A stretch of DNA of 64,000 nucleotides from a virus (IMGVR_UViG_3300020577_009596:37557-101556); one strand, 5' to 3'. Counted from the first letter of the stretch, positions 18,541 to 27,488 are shown. Notes: a model not told the origin generated them from the sequence alone. Numbers and translations: made by a program.

Positions 18541-19829
18541 GACTTCAGCTCCCCGAACAGCTCGGCCGACCGGACCAGGCCCGCGGTCGAGCCGTTGTCG
18601 ACATACTCGTCCATGTCGGAGGCCCCGTACTCGTCGATGGTGTTCGCCGCACCGAACGGGTGCCGCCAATGTAGGCGGTTGTCGTGAAGGTCCCACGGCG
18701 AGCAGTCTCGGACTAGACACGCCTTGATCATGTCGTACCAGTCGCACATCTGCTCGAGGATCGGGTCGAGGCACTCGCGGCGGAACCGCTCGACGTCCCC
18801 CGGCCGGACCTCCGCCCGCCATCGGCGGAAGAAGTAGTTCTCGTCCTCGCGGACCTCCCACTCGGGGCCGGTCGCGTTGCGGATCACCTCGGCGAGGCGG
18901 GCCTGGAACTCGGCGTCGGTCTCCGGCGGCTTGGCCCCGACCCGGCAGGCCCCCTCGCACTTCGGGCAGACCGTCTCGACCTTCGTCCGCTTGTCGGTGA
19001 ACCGGCCGGTCGCGTCGCACTTGGAGCACTTCGCCCCCTGCGTGCCCTTCCCCTGCGTGATGCTGCCCTTGCCGCCGCTGAGCGGACGCCGGACGACGTT
19101 GTAGCGGACGCCTTTGATGTTTCCTCCGCCAGCGAGGATATGAGGCTCAAGTATCTCTCTCGCAGCTACCCACTCTGGGGACGGGTCGGACTCTCCTCCG
19201 CAACAGCTGAGAGCGACAAGATACATCATCGTCTGCAGGTCCCACGTCAGGTTCCGCTGGATCTCGACCTCGTCGACGTCCCCCTTCGTCTTGGTCTCGA
19301 ACAGATAGACTCCCGCCTCTCGGCCGGTCCCGACTAGGTCGACCGCGTCGAACTTGCCTCGCAGCCGGACGACGCGACCGGACGGCAGCCGGTACGGGAC
19401 GTCGAACGGGTACTCCTGTAGGAGCGGCGTCCGCTCGACGACCTCGGGGTGCTCCCGCCACCACTCGACGTAGATCGGGAACTGGGTCTTGCAGACGCCG
19501 TACCAGTGAGTGATCTCGGGCGACTGGAACGGATACTTCTTGATCAGGTCGCGGCAGAAGTCCAGCAGCTTGGGCTGCCAGTCCCTGCCCGCGGCGAGGG
19601 CCTCCTCACAAGTATGCCACATATCTCCGTACGACATACGGAAGTGGAACTTGTCGTGAGGTTTCCACCCTTCTATGTACTTGACTCGAAATCTCTCTCG
19701 ACAAGAAAGCCACGATTTTATGGCTGATTGAGTTACTCCTGAGTTAGGACCTTCCCCACAAGGGCCTCCCCACAGAGGGCGTTTCTCCTTAGGCTTGACC
19801 TTTGCCAGTATCTCTCTCAGCTTGCTCAT
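18537..19829 (-). CDS. PD-(D/E)XK (RecB/Cas4-like) exonuclease with zinc-finger insertion
   Basis: TQSAIKSWLSCRERF, GDMWH, LRGKFDAV, FETKT, LQTMMY; inserted CSKCDATG...CPKCEGA. Confidence 0.85.
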   Translation of the reverse strand: MSKLREILAKVKPKEKRPLWGGPCGEGPNSGVTQSAIKSWLSCRERFRVKYIEGWKPHDKFHFRMSYGDMWHTCEEALAAGRDWQPKLLDFCRDLIKKYPFQSPEITHWYGVCKTQFPIYVEWWREHPEVVERTPLLQEYPFDVPYRLPSGRVVRLRGKFDAVDLVGTGREAGVYLFETKTKGDVDEVEIQRNLTWDLQTMMYLVALSCCGGESDPSPEWVAAREILEPHILAGGGNIKGVRYNVVRRPLSGGKGSITQGKGTQGAKCSKCDATGRFTDKRTKVETVCPKCEGACRVGAKPPETDAEFQARLAEVIRNATGPEWEVREDENYFFRRWRAEVRPGDVERFRRECLDPILEQMCDWYDMIKACLVRDCSPWDLHDNRLHWRHPFGAANTIDEYGASDMDEYVDNGSTAGLVRSAELFGELKS

Positions 19830-20487
19830 TCTGCTTCCTCAGAAATTTAAGTCTTGCTTCTCTCATTTTGTTACGAGATGCTTCTGATCTTTTGCCGCAT
19901 GCGTTCTTGTTACCTTTCGACTTCTCCGCTAGTATCGCCTTAGTCTGCTCAGAATGAGACCTACCCGTCAAGGCAATACTCAGATTTCTCTTGAAAGTAT
20001 CGGTGTAGCCAATAGCTTGTCTCGCTGCTCTGGCTCTTTGTAACGCTTCAGCTTGTCTTACGCTCAGCTTCCCTTTCCTTATCGCTGATAGCCTTGCTAC
20101 GAGTTCTGGAGGTTGCTTTCTGCCTCTGAGTTTTTCTGAAACTGTCTTACAGAACTCTTCTGTAGGTTTTCTCCCTAAAGCACTTCCTGCCGTAGGGCAG
20201 ATATTATAACCTTTAACCGTTGCTTCCGTTTTGTCTATCCAGAACTGCTCACGAGAAATACAACTCGAAGGAGAACAGTATTCTAGGACAGAGAACTCAA
20301 ATACCGGACCATATTTGTTCCACGCAGCCTGAAGATGTCTGTTATGATGGTGTCCTCCTCTAAGGGTTTGAAAGTGAGACCTTTTCCGGTGCTTGAGAGA
20401 CTTAGCGGCCGACCCGATATAGAATTTACCGTTCAGAACATTTCTGATGATGTAGACGCCGGTATTGAAATGCTTAAACGGTGGCAC
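19789..20487 (-). CDS. GIY-YIG homing endonuclease with NUMOD3-like repeats
   Basis: GVYIIRN...FYIGSA...R...HNRHLQAAWNKYG...REQFWID...GYN; GTG start (MPPFKHF) after GGAG. Confidence 0.92.
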   Translation of the reverse strand: MPPFKHFNTGVYIIRNVLNGKFYIGSAAKSLKHRKRSHFQTLRGGHHHNRHLQAAWNKYGPVFEFSVLEYCSPSSCISREQFWIDKTEATVKGYNICPTAGSALGRKPTEEFCKTVSEKLRGRKQPPELVARLSAIRKGKLSVRQAEALQRARAARQAIGYTDTFKRNLSIALTGRSHSEQTKAILAEKSKGNKNACGKRSEASRNKMREARLKFLRKQNEQAERDTGKGQA

Positions 20488-20520
20488 CGAGGTCACTCCG
20501 CTAGTGACTCCGCGAGTAAG

Positions 20521-20576
20521 AAGGTTGTGGCAACCGGCGCGGGACCGGCTTTCGGGTGCCCCCTAGCCACGCTTCT
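20521..20576 (-). ncRNA. putative cis-acting three-way-junction RNA upstream of the GIY-YIG gene
   Basis: P1 GTGGC/GCCAC (extended by AGAAG/CTTCT) enclosing UA-[GGG..CCC]-GAAA-[GCCGG..CCGGT]. Confidence 0.5.
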
Positions 20577-20577
20577 A

Positions 20578-20913
20578 CTATACGCCCTCCTTCGTGAGGC
20601 TCGAGGCTGCGTCGACGATGGCTTGAAGTACGGCATCGAGGTGTCGATGGGCGACCAGCTTCTCCTCCCTCGACAGGTCTGACAGGGGCCGATACTCGGG
20701 ACTCTCCCCGAACTTGACGATACGCCACCGGCTCCCGACCCTTCGGTACCCGAACGATCCGTCGTCCCCCGCGTCGACTCTTGCGTTGACCCCGACCCCC
20801 ATCTCGGTCAGGCGGTCCTCGACCCCCCGAACCTCGGCGGCGATCTGATCGCACCTCAAGTTGAGGTCCCCGATCGTATTCTGGAGACGGGTGAACAGCT
20901 CTTCTCTGCCCAT
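20578..20913 (-). CDS. hypothetical protein
   Basis: clean ORF downstream of a GGTTATACT motif. Confidence 0.6.
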   Translation of the reverse strand: MGREELFTRLQNTIGDLNLRCDQIAAEVRGVEDRLTEMGVGVNARVDAGDDGSFGYRRVGSRWRIVKFGESPEYRPLSDLSREEKLVAHRHLDAVLQAIVDAASSLTKEGV

Positions 20914-20958
20914 GACTTGAAGCCCTCTTCGGCTCGGTGTAGGACTAGTATAACCCCG

Positions 20959-21153
20959 TCACTTCGAGGCGGCGAGGTCCCTCAGCCGCTCGGCGAGGTC
21001 CTCCTCCGACAGCAGCTCCTGACGGATGATCGAGGTGTCGGACGGGGCGTCGATCCCCAGTCGGACCTTCCCCCTCTCAGTCGTCACGACCTGGATCCGG
21101 ACTCCCCGGCCGACCCAGATCACCTCGTTCACCTTACGGCTCAGCACCAGCAT
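20959..21153 (-). CDS. csrA: carbon storage regulator CsrA/RsmA family translational regulator
   Basis: MLVLSRKVNEVIWVG...GKVRLGIDAP...IIRQEL; GAGGAGG RBS. Confidence 0.92.
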   Translation of the reverse strand: MLVLSRKVNEVIWVGRGVRIQVVTTERGKVRLGIDAPSDTSIIRQELLSEEDLAERLRDLAASK

Positions 21154-21170
21154 GACAGACCCTCCTCTGG

Positions 21171-21740
21171 TCAGTTCGATCCCAGGACGTGCTCCTCGAC
21201 CGCGTTGCGGACCTGGACCACCGCACGCTGGAACATCAGCCCCTGCTGGGCGATGTTGGCCCGGCCGATCGCGGCGGGGTGGACGGTGTGGATCGTCGGG
21301 ACCTCGCGGTGCAGCTCGATCCGGACGTACCGGCCCGTCATCAGGTGGTGCTGGGCGACCTCGCCTAGGCAGACGATCAGCTTTGGGTCGCACAGCTCGA
21401 CGATCGCTCGGAGCCGGGGCGAGCACTTCTGGACCGCGACGTCGTCGGGCTTGGTCACCTTGCGGCCGTCCTCGCCGACCGGGCAGCAGCCCACGACGTT
21501 CGCGATCGCCCAGCGTACCCCCTCCGGGACCGCCTCGGCGATGATGTCGTCCTGCAGCTTGCCCGCGGGTCCGATCATCGGGATGCCGAACACGTCCTCG
21601 CTGTGTCCGGGAGCCTCGCCGACGAACAGCACGTCGCACGGGACGGACCCGCGGACCATGCACACGTTCTTGCGGCCCTCGGCGAGGTGGCAACGCTGGC
21701 AGTCTCGCCAGTCTGAGTAGAGCTGCTGGAGCGGGGTCAT
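21171..21740 (-). CDS. uracil-DNA glycosylase family 4 (Fe-S)
   Basis: CQRCHL, FVGEAPG.SED, GPAGKL, NVVGCCP, HPAA. Confidence 0.88.
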   Translation of the reverse strand: MTPLQQLYSDWRDCQRCHLAEGRKNVCMVRGSVPCDVLFVGEAPGHSEDVFGIPMIGPAGKLQDDIIAEAVPEGVRWAIANVVGCCPVGEDGRKVTKPDDVAVQKCSPRLRAIVELCDPKLIVCLGEVAQHHLMTGRYVRIELHREVPTIHTVHPAAIGRANIAQQGLMFQRAVVQVRNAVEEHVLGSN

Positions 21741-21815
21741 CTTCGACCCTCCCGTGAGGTGAGTGTCGGGGAGTCGGCAGTCCTCCCCTTGCGTGCCAGA
21801 CGTCTAGATCATACC

Positions 21816-22196
21816 CTACCGGCCGGGCGACCTCCTCCGGCTCCGCTTCACCCGCTCGAACGCCCGCAGGTACCTCACGATCGCCTCGGCGCGGTCGAGG
21901 GTAAGCCAGCGACGGATGAACCTGTTGCAGAAGTTGTGGATGACCCCCCGGACGTGAAGCCGTCGCTCCTCGGGAGGCATGACGCGGACTTTGATCGTCT
22001 TGCCGTTCTTCGCCTTCCGGCTCTTCCGGGCGCGGAAGCCCTTGACGTGCTCGTGGTCGACGACGAGGGGCCGGTCCTCGAACGGCTTGCCGCAGATGAC
22101 GCAGGTGCAGTCGCAGGCCCGACACATCTCGACCCAGTCAGCCTCGGTCAGGCCGTAGCTGCGGAGCGTCCCGAGGCTGGGCGGCTTGGGCGTCAC
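21816..22196 (-). CDS. endonuclease VII-like protein
   Basis: YGLTEADW...CVICG...VVDHEH...VRGVIHNFCN. Confidence 0.75.
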   Translation of the reverse strand: MTPKPPSLGTLRSYGLTEADWVEMCRACDCTCVICGKPFEDRPLVVDHEHVKGFRARKSRKAKNGKTIKVRVMPPEERRLHVRGVIHNFCNRFIRRWLTLDRAEAIVRYLRAFERVKRSRRRSPGR

Positions 22197-22272
22197 TCGG
22201 GTCGTCCTCGGGGTCAGAGGCCGGGACGGGGGTCGTCCGCAGGACCTCCTCGGTCGTCAGCGTCTGCCTCCC

Positions 22273-22518
22273 TCACTTCCGCTCCATCGTGATCGTGAGG
22301 CCGGACTCCCGCACCTCGACGCTGAGGTGGATCGGGTAGCCGAGCCGGGAGATGCGGTTGCGGATCATCTGCGCCATGCCGTGGGGCTGGCACGAGAAGT
22401 CCCTCCCCCGCTGGAGCGTGAGGGTCCGGGTCCGCGTCGAGCCCTCGATCAGGGACGACGGGATCCACCGCTGCCATGGGTACTTCTGCGGCTTGCCGCG
22501 TGTGGGGGCGGTCTTCAT
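22273..22518 (-). CDS. hypothetical small basic protein, first gene of the leftward operon
   Basis: KYPW...RGRDF; preceded by AAGGGTTATAGT and GAGG. Confidence 0.6.
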   Translation of the reverse strand: MKTAPTRGKPQKYPWQRWIPSSLIEGSTRTRTLTLQRGRDFSCQPHGMAQMIRNRISRLGYPIHLSVEVRESGLTITMERK

Positions 22519-22762
22519 GCCTCTACTATAACCCTTATTCGGCTCGAGCGGTAGTCGTTTTCCCTCTGAGAGCGAGGAAGGTCGAGTACTGCTTCCTCGT
22601 CACGATCTTCCCGACGGTCCTAAGTCTCCCGCCGGAGGGTGGAACCGGAAGCAACTCATGGCGATCGGAGTCGAGTGGAGAGACGTGAGGCGCGGATGGC
22701 TGTCTACCGGCCTCGATCAGGCGACGAGTCAGGACTAACGGTTCCATCGTTACCCTCCGACC

Positions 22763-22786
22763 TCACCCGTATTATAATACGGGTGA
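22763..22786. promoter_or_regulatory. perfect 24-bp palindrome containing TATAAT on both strands (divergent promoter/operator)
   Basis: TCACCCGTATTATAATACGGGTGA at the major strand switch. Confidence 0.7.
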
Positions 22787-22798
22787 AGGGAGGTCCAT

Positions 22799-23002
22799 AT
22801 GGACGAGCCGGAGATCGTGACCACAGTCGCCGCGCGGGAGGGGGTCCACCCCGAGACCGTCAAGCGGTGGATCAAGGAGGGCCTCGAGGTCGACGGGGTC
22901 GTCGTGCTCCTCGCCCACGTCAGGGTCGGGAGGAGGTACGCCGTCAGGCCGTCGCAGCTGAGGCAGTTCTACGAGAGGACTGAGGGAGTCCGTCAGAAGT
23001 GA
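22799..23002 (+). CDS. excisionase/MerR-like HTH DNA-binding protein
   Basis: VAAREGVHPETVKRWIKEG...RVGRRYAV; GGAGG RBS. Confidence 0.8.
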   Translation: MDEPEIVTTVAAREGVHPETVKRWIKEGLEVDGVVVLLAHVRVGRRYAVRPSQLRQFYERTEGVRQK

Positions 23003-23083
23003 GACCGTGAGGGAGTACCGGCTCCCTCACGGTCAGACGCCAGGGAGCCCGACGCCAGGGAACACCCCACCTGTAGGAGTAGC

Positions 23084-24226
23084 ATGCCCCCGTTCCGTGA
23101 TTTTACCCCGAGTCTGGCGAGGGAGCCGGACCTCATCGGGGCGATCAGTCGCGACGTCGCCGCCCGCGGACTCGTCGGTGAGGAGGACGCCGGTCTGCTG
23201 GTCTACCTCGCGTACTCGTCGAGGAAGCTGAGGCACCCCCTCTCCGTGATCATCCGCGGGCCGTCGGGCTCCGGCAAGGACCAGATCCAACGGATACCGG
23301 CGTTTCTGATGCCGCCGAAGTCGATCGTCAACGCGATGCTGCTGACCCCGAGAGCTCTCCTCCACGGTAAGAACGGCTGGTTGAGGAACAAGATCATCCT
23401 CGGAGGGGAGCGACGGCACGAGCAGGACGACGCCCAGCGAGACCGAACCCTCGTCCTCAGGATGCTTCTCAGCGAGGGGTACGTCACCCAGAGGTCAGTC
23501 GCGGACGGTCAGGCGGTCGTCCAGCGGCAGGACGGACCCGTCTCGTACTCCGAGACGACGACCCAGAAGTCGGTGTTCCAGGAGGACCTCAACCGCTGCC
23601 TGACCGTCCGGACCGACCCGTCTGAGGACCTGACCGGGCGAGTCGTCGACGCGGTGTTCTCCGAGAAGCTGCCAGGCGAGCGGGGGCAGGACAGTCACGT
23701 CTGGCTCGAGAAGACCCATCACGAGTTCCAGGAGTGGCTCAAGCCGGTCGACGTCCGGATCCCCTACGGGGCGAGACTCGCGAAGCTGCTCCCCAAGAGC
23801 AAGATCGACGTCAGGCGAGTCGCCAAGCACCTCCGGTCCCTCATCGAGGCGGTCGCCTACGTCCAGCAGGGATCGAGGGAGAGGGACTCGAGCGGGTGCG
23901 TACTGGCGACCCTCGACGACTACGCGGTCGCCCGTCGGCTGATCTCGCGGACGTTCCGAGAGCTACTCGACGGGGACTACAGCGAGAGGGACGACGAGCT
24001 CAAGGACCTCCCGGAGCAGTTCACGACGACCGAGGCCAGGGACTCGGGGCTGATCGGAGTCGCCGGGGCGGTCGACAGGAACCAGGCGAACAAGTGGACC
24101 GACCGGCTCGTGGCGGCTGGCCTGATCGTCAAGGTCGGGACCGGCCCGAGGGGCGTCCACGTCTGGAGGAAGACCCAGAAGCGGCTCGAAGACCTCGTAT
24201 TACCCGCGGTCGAGGACCTCTCGTAG
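23084..24226 (+). CDS. P-loop ATPase/helicase-like replication protein with C-terminal wHTH
   Basis: VGEE...YLAYSSRKL...Walker A GPSGSGKD...NRCL; resembles the C-terminal domain of primase-helicases; followed by iterons. Confidence 0.7.
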   Translation: MPPFRDFTPSLAREPDLIGAISRDVAARGLVGEEDAGLLVYLAYSSRKLRHPLSVIIRGPSGSGKDQIQRIPAFLMPPKSIVNAMLLTPRALLHGKNGWLRNKIILGGERRHEQDDAQRDRTLVLRMLLSEGYVTQRSVADGQAVVQRQDGPVSYSETTTQKSVFQEDLNRCLTVRTDPSEDLTGRVVDAVFSEKLPGERGQDSHVWLEKTHHEFQEWLKPVDVRIPYGARLAKLLPKSKIDVRRVAKHLRSLIEAVAYVQQGSRERDSSGCVLATLDDYAVARRLISRTFRELLDGDYSERDDELKDLPEQFTTTEARDSGLIGVAGAVDRNQANKWTDRLVAAGLIVKVGTGPRGVHVWRKTQKRLEDLVLPAVEDLS

Positions 24227-24228
24227 GC

Positions 24229-24520
24229 CAGCGTATCCAGCGTATCACAGCGTATCACCCTCCGATACGCTGAAAACCTTAGAAATCCTAGCGTCTAAGC
24301 ACTTTTCGGGGTCCAGCGTATCAGCGTATCGGAAAACGCCCCCGAGGGTCCTCTTAACGTATTTCTGGAAGAAGAATACTAATAAGAGGGGTACGCTGGG
24401 CCGGAGACGCGTCCCCCGATACACTGATACGCTGAGGCCGTTTTCGGACGTAAGTCCTTACCTCTAAACGGGTTACGCAGCGTATCGGCCTCCCTACGCT
24501 GCGATACGCTGGATACGCTG
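24229..24520. repeat. mirror-symmetric iteron array (CAGCGTATC), putative replication origin
   Basis: about 12 copies of CAGCGTATC/GATACGCTG arranged 3-1-2 | 2-1-3 around an AT-rich core (~24353-24386). Confidence 0.8.
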
Positions 24521-24524
24521 AGAG

Positions 24525-24617
24525 GAATCTTGAACAAAATCTCGGGACCGGCTTTACTTCCCCGGATTATAGGTTATACTCTTAGTACCTGACCGAGACC
24601 CGAACCGGAGACCTGAG
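24525..24617 (+). promoter_or_regulatory. early promoter cassette, copy 1
   Basis: TCTTGAACAAAA...TTTACT-N16-TATACT CTTA...CCGGAG RBS. Confidence 0.8.
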
Positions 24618-24836
24618 ATGTCAAAGCGAACGATCAGCGGTAAGACGATCCGGTTCAGCGACTGGAAGGCTCGCGTCCTGGCCGAAGCCGACCGCGTGAA
24701 CCTCTGCGAAGAGGCCCGCGAGCTGGCCAACGAGGCGATGTTGCGGGACGGGTTCGAGAAGAACGAGACGCCCGCCTACTTCGTTTTCACCGTCCAGAAC
24801 CTTTACCACGGCGAGTTGGACCTTCCGGTCCGCTGA
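24618..24836 (+). CDS. hypothetical early protein
   Basis: GGAG RBS, directly after the promoter. Confidence 0.65.
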   Translation: MSKRTISGKTIRFSDWKARVLAEADRVNLCEEARELANEAMLRDGFEKNETPAYFVFTVQNLYHGELDLPVR

Positions 24837-24858
24837 ACCCCCTACCGAGGAGCCGACG

Positions 24859-25170
24859 ATGGCCGCGACCTGCTCAGCCCGCCGCGAGTATTCGACCCGC
24901 GAGTTCACCTGGCACCCCAGCACGAGCACCTTCACCGCCTTCGCCTCAGACCTGCCCCGGTTCGACCCCGAGCAGGTCTATCCGGACGCCCTCGACGAGG
25001 GGATCTGCCTCGTGAGTCACGTCACGGGTCGCAAGGCGTGGTTCGTCCTCGAGCGGGCTCACGTCAACCGTGAGAACGAGCTGACCCACTGGACGTTCGT
25101 CCCCACGGCCGAGGCCCTCCGGGTCGACCGCCGACTGACAGGCGTCCGCGTCGAGGCGTTCAACGACTGA
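24859..25170 (+). CDS. hypothetical early protein
   Basis: GAGGAG RBS. Confidence 0.65.
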   Translation: MAATCSARREYSTREFTWHPSTSTFTAFASDLPRFDPEQVYPDALDEGICLVSHVTGRKAWFVLERAHVNRENELTHWTFVPTAEALRVDRRLTGVRVEAFND

Positions 25171-25199
25171 CTTCCCCCTAACCCCTAAGGAGACCCGAC

Positions 25200-25517
25200 A
25201 TGTCCACGATCTCAATCGACTACGCGAAGGACGGCAGCGGCCCGAGCATGACCTACCGCTCGGCGACTAAGGCGGAGGACGAGCCCTGCGGCCTCTACCG
25301 GGTGACGATCCTCGTCCCGCGGGTCGGCGACCTTTCGGTGTTCGACGTGCAGACCCGATACGTCGTCGCCGCGAGCGAGCGGAGGGCGATCGACGCGGGC
25401 CGGTGCGCAGCCGGGGTCGCGAGCTACGACATCCCGCAGGACGTTTGCAGCCGGGTCGTCGCCTCCGCCGTCCGCGTCCCGCTGACCGTCGCCGGTTGGG
25501 GGCGGACCCAGTTCTGA
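25200..25517 (+). CDS. hypothetical early protein
   Basis: AAGGAG RBS. Confidence 0.65.
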   Translation: MSTISIDYAKDGSGPSMTYRSATKAEDEPCGLYRVTILVPRVGDLSVFDVQTRYVVAASERRAIDAGRCAAGVASYDIPQDVCSRVVASAVRVPLTVAGWGRTQF

Positions 25518-25518
25518 G

Positions 25519-25613
25519 GATTCTTGAACAAAACCTTCAGGACCGGCTTTACTTCTCCCGATTAAGGGTTATACTCTTAATACCCTGACCGACAACCCCA
25601 AACGGAGACAGCC
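25519..25613 (+). promoter_or_regulatory. early promoter cassette, copy 2
   Basis: TCTTGAACAAAA...TTTACTTCTCCCGATTAAGGGTTATACTCTTA. Confidence 0.8.
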
Positions 25614-25952
25614 ATGACCGCTACCAAGACCAGCCCCGCCCAACTCGCCGCCGACTTCGCCGCCAAGTGCCGCCAGTACGGTTGGAAGTGGACAATCAAG
25701 GGTGACACCTGCGTGGAGGTCAGTACGACCTTCGCCCCCGGCGACAACGACGCCTACGTCCTCGCGGACAGTATCAGCTACGACCTGCTGGCCCTCGTTC
25801 CGCTCAAGGGCGGCTCGATCTGGGGCACGGACGGAGGCTCGGTCGGCGGGTACGTCGGTCTGCGAGGCGGGTACTATCGTCTGAACAAGTCCGGCACCGG
25901 CGGCAAGCGGTTCCTCGCCGAGCTGAAGAAGTTTGAAGGGAGCAAGGGATGA
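25614..25952 (+). CDS. hypothetical early protein
   Basis: GGAG RBS; GSIWGTDGGSVGG motif. Confidence 0.7.
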   Translation: MTATKTSPAQLAADFAAKCRQYGWKWTIKGDTCVEVSTTFAPGDNDAYVLADSISYDLLALVPLKGGSIWGTDGGSVGGYVGLRGGYYRLNKSGTGGKRFLAELKKFEGSKG

Positions 25953-26230
25953 AGGATCCCGCCTATATGTCCTCGGCCGAGATCAACCGCGAGCTGGACC
26001 GCCTTCGGGTCCAGTCGTCAGCCTTCTGCGAAGAGATGATCGCTGCCGGTCGCGGGTACGAGAAGTACACGGACTGGAAGGATAAGACCGACGAGCTGTC
26101 CCGCCGCGGCCGAGCCGTCTACGACCGGACGTCCGCCCTCCAGGTCGAGATTCACGTCCGGTACGGAGACCGCGCTCCGAATCCGCTTCCGACCGGGCGA
26201 AAGCACGGACCTCGTAAGGCAGAATCTTGA
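25949..26230 (+). CDS. hypothetical early protein
   Basis: ATGA translational coupling. Confidence 0.65.
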   Translation: MKDPAYMSSAEINRELDRLRVQSSAFCEEMIAAGRGYEKYTDWKDKTDELSRRGRAVYDRTSALQVEIHVRYGDRAPNPLPTGRKHGPRKAES

Positions 26231-26301
26231 ACAAAACCTACCCGGCTGCTTTACTTCTCCCGATTAAGGGTTATACTCTTAATACCCTAACGGAGCCGAC
26301 C
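26222..26301 (+). promoter_or_regulatory. early promoter cassette, copy 3
   Basis: near-identical to copy 2. Confidence 0.8.
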
Positions 26302-26736
26302 ATGATCACGAAGACCTTCCTCCTCGCCGGTGACGCCATCTTCACGGTCCGGGAGCCCGACGGCTCGCACCACACCTACCGGCTGGAGAAGGTCGAGGCG
26401 AGCGACCGCTGGCCCGAGGCGTGGTTCTGCAAGGTCCTGACCGGGCCGGACAACACGTCGGACTACACCTACATGGGCAAGCTGGACGCCTTCACCGGCC
26501 AGGTCGCGACGACCGCCAAGTCCAAGCAGTGGGCCGACAGCCGCAAGCTGCAGGTCCTCAACCGCGTCCTCGCCCGGATCTGGTGCGACGACCACGACGC
26601 CTACACCCGCCACGGCTGGACGGTCCACCACGAGGGCCGCTGCGGGCGGTGCGGTCGCCTCCTCACGGTCCCGGAGAGCGTGGAGAGCGGGATCGGCCCG
26701 GAGTGCGCGAAGCGGATGGCCTGCGTGAAAGTCTGA
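26302..26736 (+). CDS. DUF6011-like zinc-ribbon protein
   Basis: LTGPDN..DYTYMG; HHEGRCGRCGRLLTVPESVESGIGPECA. Confidence 0.75.
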   Translation: MITKTFLLAGDAIFTVREPDGSHHTYRLEKVEASDRWPEAWFCKVLTGPDNTSDYTYMGKLDAFTGQVATTAKSKQWADSRKLQVLNRVLARIWCDDHDAYTRHGWTVHHEGRCGRCGRLLTVPESVESGIGPECAKRMACVKV

Positions 26737-26739
26737 GAT

Positions 26740-26797
26740 CCCGCTTTACTTTCGCGTATTAAGGGTTATACTCTTAGTACCCCTACCGGAGCCGACC
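26740..26797 (+). promoter_or_regulatory. early promoter cassette, copy 4
   Basis: TTTACTTTCGCGTATTAAGGGTTATACTCTTA. Confidence 0.75.
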
Positions 26798-26992
26798 ATG
26801 ACCGCAGCGACCCGAGAGGCCAAGTTCGTCGTCCAGTCCCGGATGTCGGGGCTCGACAAGTGGGCTCCGCGGAGCGAGCGGATGGACACGTCGTCCGAGG
26901 CGACCGAGCTGATGCGTCAGCTCGAGGCCGCCCGCGAGCACCCGGTCGAGCAGTTCCGGGTCCGCGTCGTGATCGTCACCAAGAAGTCCTGA
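26798..26992 (+). CDS. hypothetical early protein
   Basis: GGAG RBS. Confidence 0.6.
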   Translation: MTAATREAKFVVQSRMSGLDKWAPRSERMDTSSEATELMRQLEAAREHPVEQFRVRVVIVTKKS

Positions 26993-27008
26993 ACCCTGAG
27001 GAGAAGCG

Positions 27009-27488
27009 ATGAAGGTCTACATCATGCGGGGCCTGCCCGGCGCGGGCAAGTCGAGATGGACTCGCCAGCGAGTGCTCGAGGACGGGTCGAGCGTCTGCGT
27101 CGTCTCGGCCGACAGCTACCACTACGTCTCCCAGCCTCCGAGGGCCGACGGGACTCTCGTGCCGCCCAAGTACGAGTTCCGCCCCGAGAACGCGAGCCGC
27201 GCCCACTCGGGATGCCTTCGCGAGTTCGTCGAGGCTATCCAGCAGTCCTGGGGCGTCGTTATCGTCGACAACACCAACACGACGGCGGTCGAGCTGGCCC
27301 CCTACGTCCGGCTGTGCGAGGCGTTCGGCATCGAGTACGAGATCGTGTTCCTCCGAGTGCCGTTCGGCCTCGCCTGCAAGAGGAACGTCCACGTCGTGCC
27401 GGAGGCGACGATCTGGAGCATGTTCCAGAACCTGCTGTCGGAGCGTCTCCCGGCGTGGTGGAAGGTCAAGTTCGTTGAGGAGCGGTGA
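27009..27488 (+). CDS. AAA_33/polynucleotide kinase-like P-loop protein
   Basis: MRGLPGAGKS, SAD, IVDNTN, RNVHVVP. Confidence 0.85.
   Translation: MKVYIMRGLPGAGKSRWTRQRVLEDGSSVCVVSADSYHYVSQPPRADGTLVPPKYEFRPENASRAHSGCLREFVEAIQQSWGVVIVDNTNTTAVELAPYVRLCEAFGIEYEIVFLRVPFGLACKRNVHVVPEATIWSMFQNLLSERLPAWWKVKFVEER

Noticed and set aside
18537-19829. Cas4 as evidence of a CRISPR system
   Set aside because: Stand-alone phage PD-(D/E)XK exonuclease beside a Sak4-like ATPase; no array or cas1
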